Shown here in pieces: positions 10,596 to 20,122 of a stretch of DNA of 21,329 bases. This DNA is from Octopus sinensis (taxonomy: Eukaryota). The stretch spans positions 1 through 21,329 of the forward strand of contig NW_021823759.1 of NCBI RefSeq assembly GCF_006345805.1. Direction: 5' to 3'. A program made the position numbers and the translations under genes. Numbering within the stretch: position 1 is the stretch's first letter; each line of letters opens with the position of its first letter. The notes below the pieces were generated by a model. It was given only the letters and a program-made list of their open reading frames with translations. It was not told the origin of the DNA and did no database searches.

Positions 10596-10667
10596 GCCGC
10601 TTTGGTGTAATAGTTAGTACGCTGAACATGTTTTTAAAAGATGTGGGTTCGTGACCCACAAACAGCT
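10596..10667 (+). pseudogene. Degenerate tRNA-like sequence (His-like 5' half; isotype uncertain)
   Basis: 72 nt; T-arm GTGGG-TTCGTGA-CCCAC; acceptor GCCGCTT/AAACAGC with two C.A mismatches; D-region TGGTGTAATAGTTAGTAC; anticodon stem disrupted. Confidence 0.5.
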
Positions 10668-11164
10668 TTCGACTTATTCCATCCAAGGTATTTTTTAACC
10701 CATTATTCTACATGCTGTTATTTTTAGCTTTATTTACTTCGGGTTTCATCGTTAAAAATAATAAACATCATATCCCTCGAATTTTCTTAATTCTTATAAG
10801 ATATCAATTGATTTCACTTTAAAAGTTAGAGGTATTTAAAAGTGAGAGGTGTTTGGTTAACTTCCTGCTGTTTATAAATAATCGTCTTAGCAAGATGAAC
10901 TGAGTAGAGTGCCTTGTTTAAGATTATAACAATGAACTGTGTAGGACGTCAGAAAATCGAGTTGTCAGCTAAAGAAACAAAATGGCTGAAATTTTTATGC
11001 CCACCTTAGAACTTTAAAAACAATGTGATGGCAGCAGGAAGTTCAATGCCTCATTTCTGGTACGGGTAGTTTCAGCTGGTCTGGTCAATGAGTTAGATAA
11101 ATGTAAGTGAAAATGGTGACGGGTGGGGGTCGGGGTATTTTTATGTATTTTTAAAGTTCTTTTG

Positions 11165-11285
11165 CAGGTTTCAGTCATTGGTCTGCGACCATGCTGGGAT
11201 AAAGGCTTCAGGGATTTTTACTCGTTCATATCGACCTTATTTATTTTCGGTCTGGTATTTACATCGATCTCTATTTATCGGAAGG
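11165..11285 (-). mobile_element. Decayed SINE 3' part (same family as 17935-18135)
   Basis: GTTTCAGTCATTGGTCTGCGACCATGCTGGG is the reverse complement of the CCTAGCATGGCCGCAGTCTAATAACTAAAAC end at about 18104-18135. Confidence 0.55.
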
Positions 11286-11337
11286 CTATTTTACCATTTT
11301 GGATAAAATGGACCGATACCCGTAATCATAGATATGG

Positions 11338-11435
11338 GTTTCAAATTTTGACACAAGGCCAGCAATGGAGTAAGTTGATTACATCGACCCCAGTACGTGA
11401 CTGGTACTTATTTTACCGACCCTGAAAGGATGAGA
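11338..11435 (-). mobile_element. SINE 3' fragment with a Nin/Deu-like core
   Basis: TTGACACAAGGCCAGCAAT...CATCGACCCCAGT...ACTGGTACTTATTTTACCGACCCTGAAAGGATGA aligns with about 7043-7140. Confidence 0.7.
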
Positions 11436-11514
11436 GAAAGCATGAAAGCCACTGTCTGGTACTGCATCGGGGCATTTATTATTATTATCAGTAGTAGTAG
11501 TAGTAGTAGTAGTA

Positions 11515-11809
11515 CAGGTACCGAACATCTTATCCGGCAAACTTGGGTCCGGAGGTTGTCCGGAATTCTGGATTTTCCGGATTTCTGGACGCAGGCTAAA
11601 TATCTATGCCGAAAATATAAAATAAACAACGAAAAGTAAACAACAAAATTGTATAACATAAAGGGGAACTGGCGTCGTGTGATGCATATGCCACGGAAAC
11701 CAAAGCAAAATGGCCGCGTGGCAGACTACTTCAGCCTGCGAAATTCAAAGCTAGCCGGGTTTCTGGTAACCCCGGCTTTATGAATTCTGGATAAGTGGTT
11801 CAGTACCTG
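11515..11809. mobile_element. Complete 295-bp pogo/Tigger-type (Tc1/mariner superfamily) MITE
   Basis: TIRs CAGGTACCGAACATCTTATCC / GGATAAGTGGTTCAGTACCTG (18 of 21 match); TA target-site duplication at 11513-11514 and 11810-11811; no ORF. Confidence 0.88.
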
Positions 11810-11836
11810 TAAGTGTAGTATTACTTCATATTCTTT

Positions 11837-11843
11837 GTATGCG

Positions 11844-11916
<73 letters not shown>

Positions 11917-11919
11917 ATG

Positions 11920-11963
<44 letters not shown>
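11837..11963. repeat. (TCTA)n plus (TA)n microsatellite
   Basis: Direct reading. Confidence 0.95.
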
Positions 11964-11964
<1 letters not shown>

Positions 11965-12308
11965 CGACCAAAATGCCCCCCCGCGCCGTCCAGTGGACGG
12001 TGCTGAGTTGTCAAACATTTAAACCAAATTTTCTCAAAACAACTTGTCCGACCGTCCCTAAATTTGAGACACCAGCAAAAGAAGAAATAAAGATAGACTT
12101 TTTTCTATTCCAAGAAAAACGATTTTACAAATGCACATTCCCACGGCTTTGGCGATCGCATTCTCACCTGGAATCGATTTTTGTAATTTTTTCAAGACTT
12201 ATACACGCCCTGATACCGTCGGTATCTACATATCAAATTTGAGCGCAATCAGATGGAGGATGTCCGAGATCCTAGAAGACACACGCACAGACAGACAGAA
12301 CGGATTTT

Positions 12309-12312
<4 letters not shown>
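11964..12312 (-). mobile_element. Helitron/HINE-like non-autonomous element
   Basis: Minus strand begins TATATAAAATCCGTTCTGTCTGTCTG (same 5' layout as 849) and has a GC-rich hairpin CCGTCCA-G-TGGACGG (11986-12000) near its 3' end; no terminal CTAG. Confidence 0.5.
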
Positions 12313-12339
<27 letters not shown>

Positions 12340-12994
12340 CTATATTACGTGTATGTGAGTGCAAATGCATTTCTGTGTATGTGCATGCCTGTGGTTATGT
12401 GTTTATATGTGTATATGTGTGTATGAGCATGATTTGCAAAACTATAATCGCAAACCCATTATAAAACGTTCTCATTATACACCTGTTTTGCTCTGTATTG
12501 AGCACAATACGAATATAGATATGAATCCATTCACATGAACAAGCATATATCATATAGCTATATTAATTTTGATGATTCTATGTTATTAGAAAAATAATTA
12601 TCTCATATTACTTATCTGTATTCTCATTATTATTGTTTTCCGATTTCTTTTTTCTTGTTATCTTTTTTTTCTATTATTTCTGATGACATTGTCAAAGAGT
12701 AATACCAGAGATGTTTTAGATACACAACACGTAATCCCGTGTCGTGACTTCAGCTTGCTTCATTATAATTATCATTTGTTTATCGTAATTACTCTCTTAT
12801 TTTCTTTCTTGATCAGGAGAAATGTGTGCGTATGTGTGTATGTACGTGTGAGTGAAAGAGAAAGGTAGAGAAAGAGGGATGGAAGTGGGGAGAGAGAGAG
12901 AGAGAGAGAAGGAGTATGCGAGAGGTAAAGATATAATGGTGAGCACATCATATGATTTGAGTAACGTAATTGCTGATTTATTGTATACAAGGTT

Positions 12995-13213
12995 TCAATG
13001 GCAGCCATTTTCCGCTTCGCATGCCCGTGCTCTTTCCAACACTTGCACCATAACACCCACAAGAGTTTAAGAGCCCACTTCTCTGATTTCTCTATTGATG
13101 TTCTCCTTCAGATGCACCAGTGTCTCGGTTTATTTTTAGGCAAACCCTCTCTTTCAGGTATTCCCAGAAGAAAAAATCCGGCTAGTCAAGTCTGGGGAAC
13201 GTGAAGGCCATTC
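12995..13213 (-). pseudogene. Tc1/mariner-superfamily transposase C-terminal remnant
   Basis: Minus-strand EWPSRSPDLTSRIFFFWEYLKERV...LKENINREI...ERARACEAENGCH, with frameshifts and a stop, matches the WPxRSPDLxPxDFFxWGYLK motif around the third catalytic residue. Confidence 0.8.
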
Positions 13214-13221
13214 GTGAAGGC

Positions 13222-13245
13222 ATATGGTTCCAGCAAGATGGGACA
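13222..13245 (+). pseudogene. Inverted piece of the same transposase type (IWFQQDGT)
   Basis: Translates to the FQQDGA-type second-Asp motif but lies on the strand opposite the adjacent remnant. Confidence 0.55.
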
Positions 13246-13246
13246 A

Positions 13247-14505
13247 TTCCCTGGGAAGTTCCGAGGAAGGCAACATCTTGGAAAGTCCCGAGGAGAGGGA
13301 ATTGAAGTGCAGCTAGAGGGAGGAAGGGGAGGGAGTTCTTCCTAGAAAAGTCCGAGGATGAGAACTTTCTGGAAAAAGGATTACCATTTCCTGGAAAAGT
13401 CCGAGGAGAGGAACTTCCTAGAAGGGGATTTAATTCCCGGAAAGTTCCGAGGAAGGTGACTCTCTAGAAAGTTCCAAGGAGGGAAAATTGAAAGTGTGGA
13501 AGGGGTGGCAGTCATTCCTGGAAAAGTCCGAGTATGGGAACTTCCTGGGAAATGATCACTATTTCCTGGAAAAGTCCAAAGATAGGAACTTCCTGGAGAC
13601 AGGATTGGTATTTCCTGGAAAGTTCCGAGGAAGGCGACTACCTAGAAAGTTCCGAGGGAGTCCGTCAGGGAAAAGTCCGAAGATGGAAACTCCCTAGAAA
13701 TAAGATAACTATTTCTGGGAAAGTTCTGATGGGTGTGACTTCCTGGAAAATTCAGAGGAGGAGGAAACGTCCGAAGATGGGAACTTCTTGGAAAATGATT
13801 ACTATTTCCTGGAAAAGTCCTAGGATGGGAACTTCCTGGAAAGCGAATTATAATTTCCTGGAAAGTTCCGAGGAAGGCGAATTCCCGGAAAGTTTCGAGG
13901 AAAGGGAAATTGAAGTGGATGGAATACTTCCTGGAAAAGTCAGAGGATGGGAACTTCCTGGGAAAATGATTACTATTTCCTGGAAAAGTCCAAGGATGGT
14001 GACTTCCTGGAAGACGGATGACTATTTCTTGGAAACGTCCAAGGTTGGTGACTTCCTGGAAAGAAGATTATAATTTCCTGGAAAGTTCCGAGGAAGGCTA
14101 CTTCCTGGAAAGTTCTGAGGAGGGGAAATTGAAGGCGAGGAAGGAGAGGGAGTCATTCATGGAAAAGTTTAAGTATAGGAACTTCCTGGAAAATGATTAC
14201 TATTTCCTAGAAAATTCCAAAGATGGAAACTTCCTGGAAAGAGGTTTATGATTTCCCGAAAAGTTCCGAGGAAGGCAACCTCCTGGAAAGTTCCGAGGAG
14301 GGAATTGAAGGCAAGGAAGGGGAGGAATTCATTCATGGTAAAGTCCGAGGATGGGAACTTTCTGGAAAAGGTATTACTATTTCCTGGAAAAGTCAAAGGA
14401 TCGGAACTTCCTGGAAAGAGGATTATAATTTCCTGGAAAGTTTCAAGGAAGGCGATTTCCTGGAAAGTTCTGAGGAAAGGGGATTTGAAGTGGGAAATTC
14501 CAGGA
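13247..14505. repeat. Higher-order minisatellite built on TTCCNGGAA (about 49-bp basic unit)
   Basis: More than 20 TTCCTGGAA/TTCCTAGAA/TTCCCGGAA motifs spaced alternately about 22 and 27 bp, with a purine-rich GGGAAATTGAAG block recurring every few units. Confidence 0.92.
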
Positions 14506-14902
14506 ATGCATTATATGACAGCTATTCTAGAAACAGCTGTTAAAGACCATCGTTGTACCCACCTTTTTACTCCCTTATTTATATATCTTCTACTCAAATT
14601 ACTCTGTTGTAACAAATATTACAATTATGTTTAAATTATAAATACCTTGCTCTATATTGATAGCAGTATTTTGCCTCTTCATTCTTCCTTTCTACTATAA
14701 ATTTACCTGTTCAATGGTAAGCCATTTAGTGCCATTCACTGATAGTCATCTACAAACACCAATTTTTGTTTTAGTCGCACTTGAGATCGGAGTTTAAGTG
14801 GAAAGCCAATCTTACATCTTATTATATACGCCTACTACATTACGTCATTAGACGTACTTTTATTTGTACTTTCTATCTCTGTCTGTCTGTCTCTCTCTCT
14901 CT

Positions 14903-14941
<39 letters not shown>

Positions 14942-15095
14942 TAACACAGAAACACACACAGACATCCCCACAAACACAAAGAAATACATACACACGCACA
15001 TACACACGTGCATATGTGCGTGTATATATCTATCATCTCTTATAATATATATAAATGTATATCTATATATGTATATATGTATATATGTATATATG

Positions 15096-15157
<62 letters not shown>

Positions 15158-15159
<2 letters not shown>

Positions 15160-15200
15160 ATCAAAATAAGCAACAAGATATCAAAAAGTGATGCAGTACA
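15158..15200 (-). mobile_element. 43-bp 3' end of the 16390-16682 PLE-like element
   Basis: Reverse complement of 16637-16680 with 2 differences. Confidence 0.75.
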
Positions 15201-15241
15201 CACACATACTCTCTCTCTCTCTCTCTCTATCTATATATATA

Positions 15242-15283
<42 letters not shown>

Positions 15284-15335
15284 GTAGATATATATTCATA
15301 TATAAATGCACATATGTGTGTGTGTAAATATATAT

Positions 15336-15366
<31 letters not shown>

Positions 15367-15372
<6 letters not shown>

Positions 15373-16370
15373 TAATAAAATAGAACATATGCATATATAT
15401 AAACATATATGTACGTACCTACCTCTATATGTACATATACACGCATATATGTGTACAGGACACCAAAAAGACGTCGAACACATAGAGAGACGAAAAACAT
15501 AGACACAAACCAAGGAACAAGACAAGCAAAAAAAGAGATACAGGACAATAAGCACAACGAAAAATCCCCTTCTTCAGTCGCTAAGGTTTCATCTACTAAA
15601 CGTTTCGAAGGATAAAAGCGAGACGTGTACTTCGAAGAAAACTTCCTTCCTGCGAAAAGCAAATCAATTAAAATTCTGAGATCTTTTCGCAGAGGAGTAA
15701 AAAAAGCAAGACGGTAACGACAGTACAAACATATAAACAGTAAAATATATATATAAACAGTGGAAAAATAAATATATAACAGTGAGAGACAGGACAAGAG
15801 AACAAGATAAGAAGGGCTGTTAACGCCAGACGAAAAAAGTATTGCAAACGCTGGATTATAGTGGACGACGAGAGAGAAAGAAAGTCGACCAGTAGCCTTA
15901 GAAGGCGGGCGAGAAAGGACAGGATAGCAGTTACGACGAAGTATCGTCGCAGATGGACGACGGGAATGGGGGAGGAGGAGCAAGAGGAAGAGAGAGAAGA
16001 AGGGGAATGGTGCGAGGAGACCATGAAGAACGGTGAGGGGGAGAGAGAGAGAAGAGACAAGTTAAGTGAGGGAAAAAAAACGAAAAAGGGAATGGGAGAG
16101 AAAGAAAAAAGATGCAGAGTCGCGTGAGAGTTAATATATCAAGGCTAACTTGATAAACAGAACAATCTTACTTAATAGGTGTGCGTGCGTTTAGTCGTAT
16201 AATATGTTAATAAAATAGAACATATGCATATTATAAACATATATGTACGTACCTACCTCTACATGTACATATACACGCATATATGTGTACAGGACACCAA
16301 AAAGACGTCGAACACATAGAGAGACGAAAAACATAGACACAAACCAAGGAACAAGACAAGCAAAAAAAGA
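15367..16370 (-). mobile_element. PLE-like partial-tandem (A-B-A) element in (TA)n, non-coding
   Basis: About 170-bp near-identical direct repeats at 15367-15536 and 16202-16370; shares the GTACAGGAC terminus-like motif and layout with the 4078-4394 family; no credible ORF. Confidence 0.7.
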
Positions 16371-16389
16371 TATATAATATATATATATA

Positions 16390-16682
16390 TAAGAAATAAT
16401 TGAGATCCAGTTGAATTAGGTACTTAAGTTGAAGCTAGGACCAAGTCTGTCCTGGCTACAATAGCGACAACATGGATTTCTTCCATCTTCTTGCACTGTT
16501 GAAGTATTTGAGTAAAATTATATTAATGCCTCCGACTAATAAAAAATTCTGTTTATTTGTGCAGCTGATGAAAGCCCTGCATTTAAATTAACGTAATAAT
16601 TGCATTCTTCAATTAAATGGAGCCGCTTGGAACGGTTGTACTGCACCACTTTTTTGATATCTTGTTGCTTATTTTGATTATA
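16390..16682 (+). mobile_element. PLE-like 3' fragment in (TA)n containing a hammerhead motif
   Basis: Unique block between TA tracts that ends ATTTTGATTA(TA)n; contains the fold below. Confidence 0.65.
16559..16646 (+). ncRNA. Type I hammerhead ribozyme motif with long stem II and an A13G variant
   Basis: Stem I GUGCAG(16559-16564)/CUGCAC(16641-16646); CUGAUGA 16565-16571; stem II AAGC/GCUU extended by CAUUUAA/UUAAAUG; GGAA instead of GAAA at 16629-16632; stem III AC/GU; GUA cleavage after 16640. Confidence 0.75.
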
Positions 16683-16755
16683 TATATATATATATATATA
16701 ATATAATATATATATATATATATATATCTATATATATATATATATATTATATATA

Positions 16756-16800
<45 letters not shown>

Positions 16801-16829
16801 TACACATATATTTATATATACATATATAT

Positions 16830-17005
16830 GAAACAAAGTGGAAAAAGAGTACTCAAATACCAGTGGTAGAGTAATATGCTTTATTTAAAGCAGCAGAAAA
16901 TTCAACAAAATCTAGAATTCTAGCAAAAACTGTCTGATGAACGGCAACGAAAAACTCAGAGTAACAGATTTTGTTGAATTTTCTGCTGCTTTAAATAAAG
17001 TATAT
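16830..17005. mobile_element. 5'-inverted PLE-like insertion with 40-bp inverted repeats in (TA)n
   Basis: 16874-16913 and 16966-17005 are reverse complements (1 mismatch); the 52-nt spacer holds a hammerhead core. Confidence 0.75.
16922..16975 (+). ncRNA. Type I hammerhead ribozyme motif, probably inactivated (G12A)
   Basis: Stem I CAAAAACUGU/ACAGAUUUUG (9 of 10 bp); CUGAUGA 16934-16940; stem II CG-GCAA-CG with A.A at 10.1-11.1; AAAA in place of GAAA; stem III ACU-cag-AGU; GUA cleavage after 16963. Confidence 0.65.
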
Positions 17006-17103
17006 ACATATAATATATATATATACGTTTATATATTTGTTGTGCAAGATTTTTTATTGGCTAAACTGGCAAAATGACCATTCCGAATATAACAATATAT
17101 ATA

Positions 17104-17146
<43 letters not shown>

Positions 17147-17148
<2 letters not shown>

Positions 17149-17774
17149 CATGGGAAACATGTATTTTTGTGGTTGAAACCTATTGGATTAACTGGTGCTA
17201 GAGTGAGCCATATAGTGACCACTCTCTTATATTTATTTTGTAAAAATATTATAATATTTATAAAATATTATAATAATCCAGGTTTCTCGGAGCACTAGGC
17301 CACTTGGTGTAGAATAGATATACTATTAAATTAGTATCTAATTCTCTCACCCTTATTAATTAATTATAATTATGCTGCATTTATTTCTAAATGCTGTATT
17401 TGTTTTCCGTGAAAATTTGGCGCGCTGTTAGTTGGGGCATTTGAATTTATAACGTCGGATGTAATCAATTGAACCACACGCGTATTTATCGTTATGATAA
17501 AATCTGGCGTGTGATTGAGTGGGATTTCATCCAGATAGTTTTGGCTGAGGAGCTACAAGTGGATTTTTTTTAAGTAAATTACATTTAATTCATTAATAGC
17601 GAAACAATTGTCCCAAAATAACTGTATTTTTGTTATTTTTTATTTGCCCTGTCCGTGTGAGCTAACAATCGTACTACTGACTTTCATGGGAAACATGTAT
17701 TTTTGTGGTTGAAACTATTGGATTAACTGGTGCTAGAGTGAGCCATATAGTGACCACTCTCTTATATTTATTTT
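17147..17774 (+). mobile_element. Non-coding A-B-A element (536-bp period) in (TA)n carrying an intact hammerhead; PLE- or retrozyme-like
   Basis: 93-bp direct repeats 17147-17239 and 17683-17774 differ by one indel; (TA)n on both sides. Confidence 0.8.
17538..17619 (+). ncRNA. Canonical type I hammerhead ribozyme
   Basis: Stem I UUUUGG(17539-17544)/CCAAAA(17613-17618); core CUGAGGA 17545-17551; stem II GCUA/UAGC (G10.1-C11.1); GAAA 17601-17604; palindromic stem III ACAAUUGU; GUC cleavage after 17612. Confidence 0.88.
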
Positions 17775-17934
17775 ATATTATATATATACATATATACATA
17801 TATACATATATACATATACATTTATATATATATTATAAAAGATGATATATATATACACGCACATATGCACGTAAGTGTGTATGTGCGTGTGTGTGTATTT
17901 CTGTGTGTGTGTGTGGGGGGGGGGTGGTCTGTGT

Positions 17935-18135
17935 GTGTTTCTGTGTTTGTCCACTACTGCCGCTTGATGACCGGTGTTGGTTTCTTTACGTCCCCGAATG
18001 ATCTAGCCGTTAGGCAAAAAAGAACGGCTAGAATAAATACCAGGCTTAAGCAGTTAGGTCCTGGGGGTCGATTCCTTCAACTAAAATCTTTTCAAGGCGG
18101 TGTCCTAGCATGGCCGCAGTCTAATAACTAAAACA
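17935..18135 (+). mobile_element. SINE 3' part following a (TG)n tract
   Basis: Contains a Nin-like AATAAATACCAGG...GGGGGTCGATTC segment and the CAAGGCGGTGTCCTAGCATGGCCGCAGTC end; decayed inverted relative at 11165-11285. Confidence 0.6.
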
Positions 18136-18382
18136 AGAAAGCATTAACGATAAAGCAAATATACAGAAACTAACAAAAAGTACACAAATACAAACATTCA
18201 ACACTGCAGTTAACAGTTTGTTTTTCTTTTAAGACTGTCAAGCTTGGTTGCACTTCAGTGCACTTGGTTGCACTTTAATATGGTGACATGTATGGGTGTG
18301 GTACTGAAAAAGTACATGTGTACGAGTTTTTAGCTGTATGTGTATTTGTGTGCATTTTAGGGTTAGTGTAATCATGTAGACA

Positions 18383-18414
<32 letters not shown>

Positions 18415-18419
18415 TGTGT

Positions 18420-18456
<37 letters not shown>

Positions 18457-18675
18457 GTGAGCATAGTGTGTGCGTGGCTATCCTGCTAGATTGATAGATA
18501 GAAAACCAGGTAAATAGAGATAAATATATAGATAGATTGACAGATAGATAAATGCATAAATAAGTATACACACACACACACACACACACATACACACACA
18601 ACCCTACTTCAAAGGTTCTGTAGGCATACAATTATCGCTTATGTTCTACGTATATCGTATGTTCTACGTATAAGC

Positions 18676-19014
18676 GGGTTCCAGTTGATCAACAGTTCCG
18701 ATCAACGGAACAGCCTGCTCGTGAAATTAACGTGCAAGACACTTAACGTAGTTCTCGTGGGGTGGGGAGATTCAGCGTGACATAGTGTGTGACAAGGCCG
18801 GCCCTTTCAAATACAGGTAAAACAGAAACAGGAAGAAAGAGTGAGAGAAAGGTGTGGTGAAAGTGTACAGCAGGGTTCGCCACCCCTCTGCCGGGCATCG
18901 TGGAGCTTTCGGTGCTTTTGCGCAATAAACACTCACAACGCCCGGTCTGGGAATCGAAATCGTGATCCTACGACCACGAGTCCGCTGCCCTAACCACTGG
19001 GCCTTTGCACCTCC
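18676..19014 (-). mobile_element. tRNA(Arg)-like SINE, copy 3, with an alternative 3' tail
   Basis: 18830-19014 matches the 5' ~185 nt of copies 1 and 2; 18676-18829 is unrelated to their tail. Confidence 0.85.
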
Positions 19015-19328
19015 CGGCTTCTGGTAAATGAAAATACGGGAGAATCAATAAATTATGATTTTATCCAAGATATTTACCCTTCAGATTCACACACTTTTGC
19101 AGCGGTCTTTCAGTTTTTCTTAGCCCTGTAAAAGAAGTTGGTAGGTTGGACCTCCAGCCAGGCCTGAGAATGGTGGTGGTGGTGGTGGTGGTGGTGGTGA
19201 AAAGATGTTTTGCAGATAAAACATTGGTCTTCTCAAGAACAGTACGATTTGGATAATTGTTATATCCGTTTTGTAGTTTTTACTTTAAGAGTTCCTCCTA
19301 GCGTGTGGAATTTATGTATAGTAATGCC

Positions 19329-19368
<40 letters not shown>

Positions 19369-19389
19369 TGATATATATATTATATATAT

Positions 19390-19951
19390 ATATGATTAGT
19401 TAGGGAGAGTAAATCATTAGAAGCACATGCTTCTAGTGAGTATAGGATCCCAGAAAGTGAGAATTACCGGTTTAGTAAATGTTTTTATCTGTCATTTCAC
19501 TTAATTTATCAAGCTTCTGTATTCCTAGCACATATTTCGCCTTAATGTCTGATATATGAAAAATATATGGCTTGTGTTAGTAATACCAGCGATTATAATA
19601 TTTTTTTTTTTTATCGCAATTTGATTTGTTTACATATTTCTCGATAAATTACGAGCGCCAGCGATATACCAGAATTCCCTAGTTGTCGGGACGTTCGGAG
19701 TCTGCGCAGTGATATGATTAGTTAGGGAGAGTAAATCATTAGAAGCACATGCTTCTAGTGAGTTAGGATCCCAGAAAGTGAGAATTACCGGTTTTTTAAA
19801 AGTTTTTATCTTCATTTCACTTAATTTATCAAGCTTCTGTATTCCTAGCACATATTTCGCCTTAATGTACTGATATATGAAAAATATATGGCTTGTGTTA
19901 GTAATACCAGCGATTATAATTATTTTTATTTTATCGCAATTTGATTTGTTT
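19390..19951. mobile_element. A-B-A partial tandem element (322-bp period) in (TA)n
   Basis: About 240-bp direct repeats 19390-19631 and 19712-19951 around an 80-bp unique segment; no hammerhead found. Confidence 0.7.
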
Positions 19952-19964
19952 TATATATTATATT

Positions 19965-19996
<32 letters not shown>

Positions 19997-20013
19997 ATAT
20001 ATCTATAATATAT

Positions 20014-20056
<43 letters not shown>

Positions 20057-20080
20057 TATATATATATATATATTATATAT

Positions 20081-20119
<39 letters not shown>

Positions 20120-20122
<3 letters not shown>

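Noticed and set aside
12681-12710. CTGATGA motif
   Set aside because: No downstream GAAA or pairing stems; a chance occurrence.
13247-14505. CRISPR-like repeat/spacer appearance
   Set aside because: The spacers are themselves repeated, the context is eukaryotic, and there are no cas genes.
14514-14552. GAAACAGCTGTT with a palindromic stem III-like word
   Set aside because: No CUGANGA core or stem I partner nearby; at most a deleted remnant.
13488-14634. Overlapping repetitive ORFs (e.g. 179 aa at 13534-14073)
   Set aside because: The ~49-bp repeat unit is not a multiple of 3, the same motif is read in all three frames, and stops are scattered.
15372-16060. Minus-strand ORFs inside the A-B-A element as a possible GIY-YIG or RT
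   Set aside because: No GIY-YIG or RT motifs; composition reflects pyrimidine-rich low-complexity sequence.
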